Part shown: one piece after another, positions 1 to 11,798 of the stretch
Layout of the letters: each line of letters opens with the position of its first letter
Position numbering within the stretch: the stretch's first letter is position 1
Assembly: GCA_950097015.1 (NCBI GenBank)
Contig: CATNEN010000003.1
Location: 2,604,001-2,668,000 of the forward strand
Direction: 5' to 3'
DNA from: Macrostomum hystrix
Lineage: Eukaryota > Animalia > Platyhelminthes
Length of the DNA: 64,000 bases
The notes under the pieces: model-generated
The model's input: only the letters and a program-made list of their open reading frames with translations
Told to the model about the DNA's origin: nothing
Database searches by the model: none
Program-made: the position numbers and the translations under genes

Positions 1-600
1 GTGAGAGGGAAGGAGAGAGTGAGAGGGAAGAAGAGAGTGAGAGGGAAGGAGAGAGTGAGGGAAAGAGAGTGAGAGGGAAGGAGAGAGTGAGGGAAGGAGA
101 GAGTGAGAGGGAAGGGGAGAGTGAGAGGGAAGAAGAGAGTGAGGGAAGGAGAGAGTGAGGGAAGGAGAGAGTGAGGGAAGGAGAGAGTGAGAGGGAAGGA
201 GAGAGTAAGAGGGAAGGAGAGAGTGAGGGAAGGAGAGAGTGAGAGGGAAGGAGAGAGTGAGGGAAGGAGAGAGTGTGGGAAGGAGAGAGTGAGATGGAAG
301 GGCAGTGCAGGGCAGGGCAGGAGAGAGTGAGAGGGAAGAAGAGAGTGAGAGGGAAGGAGAGAGTGAGGGAAAGAGAGTGAGAGGGAAGGAGAGAGTGAGG
401 GAAGGAGAGAGTGAGAGGGAAGGGGAGAGTGAGAGGGAAGAAGAGAGTGAGGGAAGGAGAGAGTGAGGGAAGGAGAGAGTGAGAGGGAAGGAGAGAGTAA
501 GAGGGAAGGAGAGAGTGAGGGAAGGAGAGAGTGAGAGGGAAGGAGAGAGTGAGGGAAGGAGAGAGTGTGGGAAGGAGAGAGTGAGATGGAAGGGCAGTGT
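1..600. repeat. GA-rich minisatellite, 16-18 bp unit GTGAGAGGGAAGGAGAGA (E78 intron)
   Basis: Direct inspection. Confidence 0.95.
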
Positions 601-1178
601 CTGAGTTAAAGATTTAGACATTTATGATACCAGGGCCGCACAGCATGGCAATATAATCCTATTAATATGAAATGCACAGCCAGTAAGCTACACACAAGCA
701 GTGCAATCTTAGATGTTGTAAAAGAACAATGTTGCGCGGCAGTCTGCTTAGCTGTGGGCCATTCAAAGCACATCGGCGCAGAGAATCGTAAATCATGGAG
801 GTTCACTGCTGGTTAGCCAACATGCAAATCAGCAGTGGCAAATATCTATAATACACTGGCCTTGTATAGCTACAATCGATTGGTAAAGCTAAGCTGGAAA
901 CTGACACTTTTGAAACTCTGCTGTTAGGTAACTTCGCTTATTTATTGCTAAGCGAAACATTCTAGGAGATGTACTTTTTAGTTCACCTAAGCAAGGAGAG
1001 ATCCGTGATTGCAGAGCGACACATAAGAGATTCATGATGATTTGGGTGAGATAGGGAGAGATTTGTGATGAGATGGATGAGATGTAGAGAGATTCGTGAT
1101 GAGATGGGTAAGATGTAGAGAGATTTGTGATGAGATAAATAAGATAAGAAGTAGTTAGAATTCAGAATAAAGTCTCAC

Positions 1179-2447
1179 CAGAGAAGTCATCCTGGCCAAT
1201 CCAGTGATGCCGCTTATCTTAGCCTCGCTGTATCCGCTAGCCAAACAAAAGGCCTGATGCACAGCCGAGGTCAGTTGTGCCAGCTCCTGCTGCTGCTGCT
1301 GCCCACCCTCCGTCCAGAAGGTGTTCAAGTCGATCTTCTCCAGCGTTGACGGCGTTGACGCCGATGCCGAGCCTCCGCTAGGCGTCGTTGGAGACGGCGG
1401 AGTGACAGACGACGCAGGAGCTGCCGCAGCCGCCGCTGGTGCAGCCGCCGACGCAGCCGTCGCAGAAACGACGGAAGGCGCAGTCGTTGCAGCGGCAACA
1501 GCGGCCGCAACAGCGGCGGCAGTGACTGAGGCTGTGTTGGCTGCGCCGCCGCCGCCGCCGCCGTTGCCACCGCCGCCGCCACTGGCGCGACCGAAGCGAA
1601 CCGAATCCTTGGACATGCCGACTGCTAGGCATTTGCGAAATCGACAGTGCTGACAACGATTGCGATTCATGCGAGCCACCTGGATACGGGTTTGGGGAAC
1701 AACTGGCTGGTCAGTGCTGAGAAAGGAAGACAATGGGAAATAAAGGGAAGACCAATAAGAGGAGAAAATTGGAAATAAAGGAAAGATCAATAAGAGGAAA
1801 AATAAAGGGAAGAGCAATAAGGGGAGACAATGGGAAATTAAGGGAAGGTCAATAAGAGGAGAAAATTGGAAATAAAGGGAAAAGCAATAAGAGGAGAAAA
1901 TGGGAAATAAAGTGAAGAGGAATAGGGAGAAATGTGAAATAGAGGAAAGGGCAATTGTGGGGAAAATATAGAAAATAGGAATATGGGGGAGTGCGGAATT
2001 GAAGGGGAGAAAAGGGAAGGGAGAACACTAGGGAAATAAATACAAAGTGGAGACAACAGGAAATAAAGGGAAGAGAAATATAGACCTAGAAATTGTGGGC
2101 AATAAAACAACTGGCCTCACCTGACAAGTGCCATCACGCTGACACTTGTATTGAATCTGTTTCTGAATGCTCCTACGAAAGAAGCCTTTGCAGCCTTCGC
2201 ACGAAACAACGCCGTAGTGATAGCCGCTAGCCTTGTCGCCGCAAACTTTGCACACGGCGTAGGAGGCAGCTGAGACTGGAGTAGAAACTGCCAACTGCGG
2301 CGCAGTCTCCGGCTCCAATTTCATTGGTGACACTTGGCTAACAGTTGGAGCTGATGAACAGGACGACGATGCCACCAGTTGTAATTGATTGCCATCGACA
2401 CTTGCGCCACCGCCGGCGACACCACCGCTGTCTGTCAGTGAAAGCAT
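1179..2447 (-). CDS. E78: Nuclear receptor, NR1 subfamily, E78 (Eip78C)-like; 5' part only (DBD, Ala-rich hinge, start of LBD). Gene continues beyond the left edge
   Basis: Exon 2447-2121 (donor CAG|GTGAGG) joined to exon 1679-1179 (acceptor ccag|GTG, donor CTG|GTGAGA) gives [44 protein letters not shown]|[31 protein letters not shown]. Two C4 zinc fingers, P-box CEGCKG; RRSIQKQI and D-box CxRDGxC match E78 as recalled. No further LBD exon seen in 600-1150. Confidence 0.88.
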
Positions 2448-2692
2448 CTGCGATTGTCGATTGTCAACGATTGGCTAAGGGCTAATGCTAGGGTGGCTGA
2501 AGGTTGTTAGCCATGAAGGCAACTGGAACAAAATATTGAATGCATTTTATACAATTAAAAAATGAGCAGACATCAGAAAATTACATCTGAATAAAATACA
2601 CAGACTTTAGTAGAAACTTAAACCGCTTTTTAAAGTGTCCTAAACTTTCAAGTTCAGCTTTTAAAGCAAACGTTTTTCTAAGGTGCCCCTAC

Positions 2693-3267
2693 AGGGGCGA
2701 GTGGGTCAGCGGCTAACGTTGCTGCCTCGCACTCCAAAGGACGCTAGTTCGATTCACCCTTCAAGTCACTTGTCAAGTCAATTTTGGGACTTGTTGGTGG
2801 GATTGGACAGTAGCGACCGGCGGAGGTGCACCATATTTCGTGCAATTAAAGCTCGAAATAATAGCTTCGCTCCTACCTTCTATGTGCCTGTTCTGCGTTG
2901 TGTGCGTTGGCGCTGGGCGTGAGGCCTTGCGGGGGGTGGCTGGGGGGCGGGTGTACACCACCGCGCACTTTCTGGATTGCCGTCAGCGCGATTGGATAAG
3001 TGTACACTTATCACCCCCCTGAGGACTGATTTCTTATCAGACTTCTGCCCTGGCTTGGTCTGCCCTGTGCGTGAGGGGCTGGGGTGGGGGGGCACTGCTA
3101 CCTTTTCTGGGTGCCTCCTGCCCTCCCCGGCTGGTCTATGCTGCTGTGTGTGGTGCCTGCTCAGGGGAGGCGGCGCGATGGGCGCTAAGCGCCTAGTTTG
3201 CCGGTCTGGGGGCATGCCGCTCTGTCGCTTGTGCAACAAGTGCCCCGGGCCCCCTGCAAATAGATAG
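2693..3267 (+). mobile_element. Full-length tRNA-derived SINE with decayed target-site duplication
   Basis: GC-rich island beginning GGGGCGAGTGGGTCAGCGG (A-box-like) and AGTTCGATTC (B-box-like); tail AAATAGATAG; flanked by AAGGTGCCCCTAC (2680-92) and AAGGTGTCCCTGC (3268-80), 11/13 identical. Confidence 0.55.
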
Positions 3268-4304
3268 AAGGTGTCCCTGCTGTGAAAACAAAGTCATATG
3301 TGAATAATATGTTTGCTTTAGGTAGTAAAACTACTGTTACAGTTACTTTTAACTTTTGTAAAGTGTCTGTATAGACTTTCTCTTATGCGTTCATTTATTA
3401 TAGAACAAATAGGAAAAACACTGAAAATGATACTTATTGAATTTGGCATGTGTAGAGGGGAAATCCCAATTTTTTAAGCTAGAATATCAATTTACTTTTT
3501 ATTTAAAATAGTAATCAGGTTACTAAAATACTAAAAGTTTGAAAAGTTACCATGATTAAAAACATGTAGCTTTTAGATTTAATTAAAACCAAGAATTTTA
3601 TAACTTATAACTTATTTTTGACATAAAAGCTGTCTGCTGTTAATTTTTTTGTACTTCAATTTTGGGATCAAGTTCACACCTATCAGCTGTTTAATTAAAA
3701 CATTTAATTTTTTGTGCCTACTTTTCTAACCTATTATTGCTTTTTTAAGCTGTTATGAAATGAGCAATTACAGTATTTCTTTAATATTATAGCCTTTTAC
3801 TAATATTATTGATATTTTTCAAATAGAGCTTTTACTATCTCTATATCTTTTTATACACATTTACTTTCCGTTTTTTTATGATTAATATACCTTTAATTTC
3901 ATTAATAATAGCTAGCTGTGACTAGAAAGTAAATCTGAAGAGCTATGCCTGATACTGCCTGATAAAAATTTCTACCATTAAGCCAAAGATTTTAGATTTT
4001 TAGATAAAAAAGATATGTTTGACCTAATTATCACAATCTTAAATTAAAAGTGCCAGCACATTTTATTTAAAAGCAAGATTTACTTATTTCATTATATTTT
4101 ATAGTTTTATATTATAGTTTCATAGACCTAGCTATATTGTAGTTTGCCTTTAGTATAAGTTTAGGGCCTATAATAAAAGTGGCATACCAAAATAAGCCAC
4201 TTGATTTATTTTCACTTGCCTAATGGCAAAAATATCTAGGTGTAGGGGGTGTAGCTGTGTAGGCCTACCAATTAGACTTAAGCACTAGGCCTAGTGATTC
4301 TGAT

Positions 4305-4797
4305 GGTCCCAGGTCATTTCGGTGACAAGACATTTCGGTGACAGTCATTTCGGTGACAACTTAAGTCATTTCAGTGACATAATTAGGCCTAGTCAAATTG
4401 GTGACAACTATTTTTGCACCTAAATATGCTAAAAAACGGCCTTCCATTTTAACTATGCACACTTATAAAGTATTAATTAAATAATGCTATAAGTACTAAT
4501 AAGAAGCTGCATCGCTCTGATTAAGTCTGGGTTTTACTTTAAATGAGTTAAATTATTAAATTATTTAATGAGTAGTCAATAGTTTCAATAGTTATTCGTT
4601 GCTAATTAAATGTGTATAATAATCATTTTTCAAGTTTTGGATTGACAAGGCAAGTGTAGGCTTTAAGCAGCTGCTGGATCGTGGAAGGCTGTTTTCTCAG
4701 CATATTTAGGTACAAAAATAGTTGTCACCGAACTGACCAATTCTGTCACCGAAATGACTGTCACCGAAATGTCTTGTCACCGAAATGACCTGGGACC
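4305..4797. mobile_element. Non-autonomous DNA transposon (foldback/MITE) with long TIRs and 8-bp TSD
   Basis: TIR GGTCCCAGGTCATTTCGGTGACAAGACATTTCGGTGACAGTCATTTCGGTGACA and its reverse complement at the right end, with imperfect extension to about 120-140 bp. TSD ATTCTGAT at 4297-4304 and 4798-4805. Subterminal 15-16 bp tandem units. Confidence 0.92.
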
Positions 4798-6631
4798 ATT
4801 CTGATAGGCCTACCAAATTGTATTTATGTGATTATGTGAGTGTTAGGCCTAGGCCTATACTGGATAAAATAATATTTTTATGTTAAAATCTGACATATTG
4901 AAGGGTTAATTATATATACCAGATGATGGTATATTTCTGTGTAGGCCTAGCAGCTCTTTGACAGCACGGTAACAAAATTGGCTTGTTGAACTTGTTGTTA
5001 AACGGCCTTGTCCAATCTGGACTGCAGGTCAGCCCTTGTGGGGGCTCTACTGCACTTAATGGCTTGTTGAACTTAAATCCTATAAAATGCTTCGGGCTTT
5101 TTGATCGACTTCAAACTTTACCACCATACGCACTGTATTCAATCTTAGTGGGTCGTATTCAGAGTTAATGTTGAACGCAGGAAGTTTTTTTTATAGAGTA
5201 TTGAGGTGATTCAAAGATGTAAATATTTATTTTTGGTATTTTCGAATATCGATTTGATATCGCTAGCAATGCGGGATAATCATACGGGAATATTTCGTAT
5301 TGTATGAAATACGGGAAATTATATATTACAATCATGTTTTTCAGACTAATTTAGAATTTCTGGCAATGTGACTAAAATCTACTTTTTCTTTCATTCAAAA
5401 CTATGTTAATGGTTTTATAAAATGATAAGTATTTACTGCGCTTTTGAAGCTCAAACATATTTTACTCTCACGAAACAAAGAGCACAAAATGCCGCATTGT
5501 ATCGACCTTTAAAATTTGATAATATGCTTGTCGTGCAAAACGTACGGTGTTTTTTATTAATCTTCTAAATATTCCAACTAACAAGTTGTGCTACTATTTC
5601 TGTTTTAAATTTAAATTTGATTTCACGTTGCTGCACGTTGCAGCAATTAAAAATATTTGTAGAAATTTTCTTGAAAAAAGAACTTGAGCTTATAATTGAC
5701 ATTGTATGTAAAATGTGCGTAACAAACGAATAAAAATTTACAAAGCGCATGCATCGTTAAAGCTACGCCTTTACTTCAGTACGCAATTGTATTTTTTCTT
5801 AGGTGAATATTGCATTCATAATTTGCGTATCTTTAAGGTCTGGATAAAATAATAAATTAAAATATTTAACATTCACGTTTGTATTTGTATAGAAAATTCG
5901 GGTACAATTTTTTACAAAGACACTGCGTGCGAAATATTTTTACGACAAATTAATTGTGTTGAGTCTTGCTTCAATTATCAGATATGCACTCTTTCACATG
6001 TCATGCGGTTATTTCACCTCATTTAAAACTTCTGCAGGTCCGACCTACGTCATTGTGCTGAAGTTCACATCGCGCTCTTTCAAGCACCAATTTCACCTAC
6101 TAACTATTAATTAATGTTTATCCAAACGGTGCACGCCGCGTTTATAATTAACTAATTTAAGTTCTAGAAAAAAAACTTCGCGTTTAACCACAAACGATTT
6201 TTCACACGATTTTCTCTGTCTATATGAAGCTTCGAAGCTGCATATAAACTGTAGAACAACACAAGCACGAGCAGCGGTAGAATAGAATCAGCAGCATCGT
6301 CCCAGCATGTGCGCGCAGCACCCGATATCCTGCAGCCAAAGACCCCGCAACTTTGCCCTGCTGCTCAGGCAATATTGGTGTGGCTGGTGTGTGGGGGGGC
6401 AATTGGACTATAGCTGTCACGCAGAGCAAACACGACACGTCCGCGTGGGAGAGTGGATATGCTGAGAGTTTTTTGTTCAAACCAAATCTCTGTCCTACAA
6501 ATATTACAAAGTAAAGTTTCAGGAAAAATTTGCGGCTTTTTGGAATGGCCTTTTAATGTGGCCATATATAGTATGAAAATTAATAGATTATTTAACACTG
6601 GCACTGCTCAGATTGTGTAGTGCAAATTATT

Positions 6632-8120
6632 GTAGTCTCACTTTCTAATCTCACTCTCTAGTCTCACTCTCTAGTCTCACTCTCTAGTCTCACTCTCTTG
6701 TCTCACTCTCTAGTCTCACTCTCTAGTCTCACTCTCTAGTCTCACTCTCTAGTCTCACTCTCTAGTCTCACTCTCTAGTCTCACTTTCTAATCTCACTCT
6801 CTAGTCTCACTCTCTAGTCTCACTCTCTAGTCTCACTCTCTAGTCTCACTCTCTAGTCTCACTTTCTAGTCTCACTTTCTAATCTCACTCTCTAGTCTCA
6901 CTCTCTAGTCTCACTCTCTAGTCTCACTCTCTAGTATCACTCTCTAGTCTCACTCTCTAGTCTCACTCTCTAGTCTCACTTTCTAATCTCACTCTCTAGT
7001 CTCACTCTCTAGTCTCACTCTCTAGTCTCACTCTCTAGTCTCACTCTCTAGTCTCACTCTCTAGTCTCACTCTCTAGTATCACTCTCTAGTCTCACTCTC
7101 TAGTCTCACTCTCTAGTCTCACTCTCTAGTATCACTCTCTAGTCTCACTCTCTAGTCTCACTCTCTAGTCTCACTTTCTAATCTCACTCTCTAGTCTCAC
7201 TCTCTAGTCTCACTCTCTAATCTCACTCTCTAGTCTCACTCTCTAGTCTCACTCTCTAGTCTCACTCTCTAGTCTCACTCTCTTGTCTCACTCTCTAGTC
7301 TCACTCTCTAGTCTCACTCTCTAGTCTCACTCTCTAGTCTCACTCTCTAGTCTCACTCTCTAGTCTCACTCTCTAGTCTCACTCTCTAGTCTCACTTTCT
7401 AATCTCACTCTCTAGTCTCACTCTCTAGTATCACTCTCTAATCTCACTCTCTAGTCTCACTCTCTAGTCTCACTCTCTAGTCTCACTCTCTAGTCTCACT
7501 CTCTAGTCTCACTCTCTAGTATCACTCTCTAGTCTCACTCTCTAGTCTCACTCTCTAGTCTCACTTTCTAATCTCACTCTCTAGTCTCACTCTCTAGTCT
7601 CACTCTCTAGTCTCACTCTCTAGTCTCACTCTCTAGTCTCACTCTCTAGTCTCACTCTCTAGTCTCACTCTCTAATCTCACTCTCTAGTCTCACTCTGTA
7701 CTTTCACTCTCTAGTCTCACTCTCTAGTCTCACTCTCTTGTCTCACTCTCTAGTCTCACTCTCTAGTCTCACTCTCTAGTCTCACTCTCTAGTCTCACTC
7801 TGTACTTTCACTCTCTAGTCTCACTCTCTAGTCTCACTCTCTAGTCTCACTCTCTAATCTAACTCTCTAGTCTCACTCTGTACTTTCACTCTCTAGTCTC
7901 ACTCTCTAATCTAACTCTCTAGTCTCACTCTGTACTTTCACTCTCTAGTCTCACTCTCTAGTCTCACTCTCTTGTCTCACTCTCTATTCTCACACTCTAC
8001 TCTCACTCTAGTCCCACTCTCTATTCTCACACTCTACTCTTACTCTCTAGTCTCACTCTCTATTCTCACTCCATACTCTCGATTTCCACTCTCAATCTCT
8101 ATAGTCTCACTCTCCTATAT
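6632..8120. repeat. 13-bp minisatellite AGTCTCACTCTCT
   Basis: More than 100 near-identical units. Confidence 0.97.
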
Positions 8121-8648
8121 ATCACTCTCATCCTTAACAGCGAATTAATGTACAAACAATCTATTTGTCAAAATTTTTTTCTTTGCCTTACAAACATTAG
8201 TCTACAATTAAGTACGGGTATTGTATTGTATTGCTATAATTAATCAGGACGCAATATACTAACAGGGTAGCTAAAATCGTAGATCATTTAAAAGAAAAAA
8301 TTAACCTTCCAATTCAGAATCCACACATCCCTGATTCATTCAACCACCGAATCATCTATAGTCGGACTCAAATGTCACGGAAGATTGCTTTGAGTCCAGT
8401 GTGTGATTAATTAGGTCTCTGTATACTCTCTCATATGTGCTGCTTGTGAGATGCCATTTCATATTTCAGCAGTTTTTTTTGAGTCCCTTTGACTGCCATT
8501 CATTCAAAAGCTTAAAGGCGAAAGCTAAAGTAGCTGAGTATAACTGAGGCTATGCTCAGGAATTACATTTTTGAAGATTAAATATTCACAGGGGTTTGAT
8601 AATTGAAGACTTTCGTCATAAAAATTTGATCAATGTAAAGTTGAAGGT

Positions 8649-9258
8649 TTGTCAATTGGATTTTTGTCAGTTGGATGTTTCTCAGTTGGATTTTTGTCAG
8701 TTGGATTTTTGTCAGTTGGATGTTTGTCAGTTGGATTTTTGTCAGTTGGATGTTTGTCAGTTGGATTTTTGTCAGTTGGATGTTTGTCAGTTGGATTTTT
8801 GTCAGTTGGATGTTTGTCAGTAGGATGTTTCTCAGTAGGAGGTTTGTCAGTTGGATGTTTGTCAGTAGGATGATTGTCAGTTGGGGGTTTGTCAGTAGGA
8901 GGTTTGTCAGTTGGAGGTTTGTCAGTTGGGGATTCGTCAGTTGGAGGTTTGTCAGTTGGGGATTCGTCAGTTGGAGGTTTGTCAGTTCGGGATTCGTCAG
9001 TTGGAGGTTTGTCAGTTGGGGATTCGTCAGTTGGAGGTTTGTCAGTTGGGGATTCGTCAGTTGGAGGTTTGTCAGTTGGGGATTCGTCAGTTGGAGGTTT
9101 GTCAGTTGGGGATTCGTCAGTTGGAGGTTTGTCAGTTGGGGATTCGTCAGTTGGAGGTTTGTCAGTTGGGGATTCGTCAGTTGGAGGTTTGTCAGTTGGG
9201 GATTCGTCAGTTGGAGGTTTGTCAGTTGGGGATTCGTCAGTTGGAGGTTTGTCAGTTG
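8649..9258. repeat. 15-bp minisatellite GTCAGTTGGAGGTTT with 30-bp higher-order alternation
   Basis: Direct inspection. Confidence 0.95.
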
Positions 9259-9644
9259 GTTATTTTTAGTTGGTGCGTAGGTCATGCAGGCACTGTAATT
9301 AATGTGTCCTTCTTGGTCCCAACCCAATAGGATTTTGCATCAGTAGCAGATTTTATTTTCTACATCAACGCCCCAGTCAGATTTTTGCAGCTTTGAAATA
9401 GTTCAGAAGCGAGAAGGAAACGGAAGAGGACTGGATTCTTTGATCATGAACTCTTGCTGAGGAGACCAGATGGAAATAAAATTAGTATGGCTCTTTGAAC
9501 ATTTCTAGTTGCTGTTTTTAAAATGCTCGACTCAAATGCTGGCTACTAAAACTAAGACAAGATTAAAGAATAGAATTCAGACTCACCACAGCAGCTAGTG
9601 CTAGAAGGGTGAAATCACTCGATGCAGAAGATTTAGCAGATAGG

Positions 9645-9940
9645 GAGACAGACAGACAGAAATAGACAGACCGACAGAGACACACAGATGAGAGACAGAC
9701 ACATAGAGACAGACAGTTAGATACAGACAGACAGGCAGACAGACAGACAGACAGGCAGACAGACAGACAGACAGGCAGACAGACAGACAGGCAGACAGAC
9801 AGACAGGCAGACAGACAGACAGACAGGCAGACAGCCAGACAGTCAGACAGACAGGCAGACAGACAGACAGTCAGACAGACAGACAGACAGACTGGCAGAC
9901 AGACAGACAGGCAGACAGACAGACAGTCAGACAGACAGGC

Positions 9941-9981
<41 letters not shown>

Positions 9982-10128
9982 GGCAGACAGACAGACAGTC
10001 AGACAGACAGACAGACAGACTGGCAGACAGACAGACAGGCAGACAGACAGACAGACAGGCAGACAGACAGACAGACAGACAGACAGTCAGACAGACAGAC
10101 AGACAGACTGGCAGACAGACAGACAGGC

Positions 10129-10169
<41 letters not shown>

Positions 10170-10360
10170 GGCAGACAGACAGACAGTCAGACAGACAGAC
10201 AGACAGACTGGCAGACAGACAGACAGGCAGACAGACAGACAGACAGGCAGACAGACAGACAGACAGACAGACAGTCAGACAGACAGACAGACAGACTGGC
10301 AGACAGACAGACAGGCAGACAGACAGACAGTCAGACAGACAGGCAGACAGACAGACAGTC

Positions 10361-10392
<32 letters not shown>

Positions 10393-10499
10393 TGGCAGAC
10401 AGACAGACAGGCAGACAGACAGACAGTCAGACAGACAGGCAGACAGACAGACAGTCAGACAGACAGGCAGACAGACAGACAGGCAGACAGACAGACAGA
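9645..10499. repeat. (GACA)n microsatellite with GGCA/GTCA interruptions
   Basis: Direct inspection. Confidence 0.97.
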
Positions 10500-10982
10500 T
10501 TTCGGGCATCATACAGTAGTCCCGAAATGCAGTATTTATCGAGTCTACAAAACACAATCTATTTATTTTTGGATTAGCTCGCTCAACGCTGTAAATTCTG
10601 AGAATTTTTTTAGTCTCCCACTGATATGGGAATATCCGGGCATGAGGGAGTTTGGGCAGCCCAATTGGTTGAACAAGAATTTCGCATCGTCTTATCGGCT
10701 GTCTGCGAATCCAGCAGTTGCTGTTGCCGGCAGTCAAGGGCAGGGACTGATTGTGGGCCGTCTCACACTCGTCCAGATCGTCATTTGCTGACAATTATTT
10801 TAGGCTTATCAACCAATGGCGAAACTGGTGCGAATTCTTTCCAACGGGGAGTTAATTTCCCGCAACTATTTTTTAGGTCCGTTTCAGGGCGAAGTCTCAG
10901 TTTTCCTACGGCGCAAATTTACTGAGCTATTTAAAATTTAGTCGAATAATCTGTGGAGTTCAAAATTGGTAAGCCTGCACGC

Positions 10983-11728
10983 TTGTCACTGGTCTGTAAG
11001 TGTCTTTCACCAGTCTGTAAGTGTATGTCACTAGTCTGTAAGTGTCTGTTACTATTCTGTCAGTGTCTGTCATTATCTGTCATTTTCTGTCACTATTCTG
11101 TCAGTGTCTGTCATTATCTGTCATTATCTGTCACTATTCTGTAAGTGTCTGTCACTAGTCTGTTAGTGTCTGTCACCAGTCTGTTAGTGTCTGTCACTAG
11201 TCTGTAAGTGTCTGTCACTATTCTGTAAGTGTCTGTCACTAGTCTGTTAGTGTCTGTCACCAGTCTGTTAGCGTCTGTCACCAGTCTGTTAGCGTCTGTC
11301 ACCAGTCTGTTAGTGTCTGTCACCAGTCTGTTAGTGTCTGTCACCAGTCTGTTAGTGTCTGTCACTAGTCTGTTAGTGTCTGTCACCAGTCTGTTAGTGT
11401 CTGTCACTAGTCTGTAAATGTCTGTCACTATTCTGTAAGTGTCTGTCACTAGTCTGTTAGTGTCTGTCACCAGTCTGTTTGTGTCTGTCACCAGTCTGTT
11501 AGTGTCTATTAATATTTTTTCAGTGTCTGTCATTATGTCATTTTCTGTCACTATTCTCTCAGTTTCTGCCACTAGTCTGTAAGTGTCTGTAATTATATGT
11601 AATTATCTGTAAGTGTCTGTCACCAGTCTTTAAGTGTCTGTCACTAGTCTGTAAGTGTCTGTCACTAGTCTGTAAGTGTCTGTCACTAGTCTGTAAGTGT
11701 CTGTAATTATCTGTAAGTCTGTCTCTAG
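10983..11728. repeat. 21-bp minisatellite GTGTCTGTCACTAGTCTGTTA, ending about 70 bp before the P2X ATG
   Basis: Direct inspection. Confidence 0.93.
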
Positions 11729-11798
11729 TGCACTGTATTACTCGGAATCTCATTGTTTTATCATTTAGAAAATTTCGCGCTGCTCAATCAGAACAGCG

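Noticed and set aside
606-900. Possible next exon (LBD) of the nuclear receptor
   Set aside because: No ligand-binding-domain signature recognised on the minus strand.
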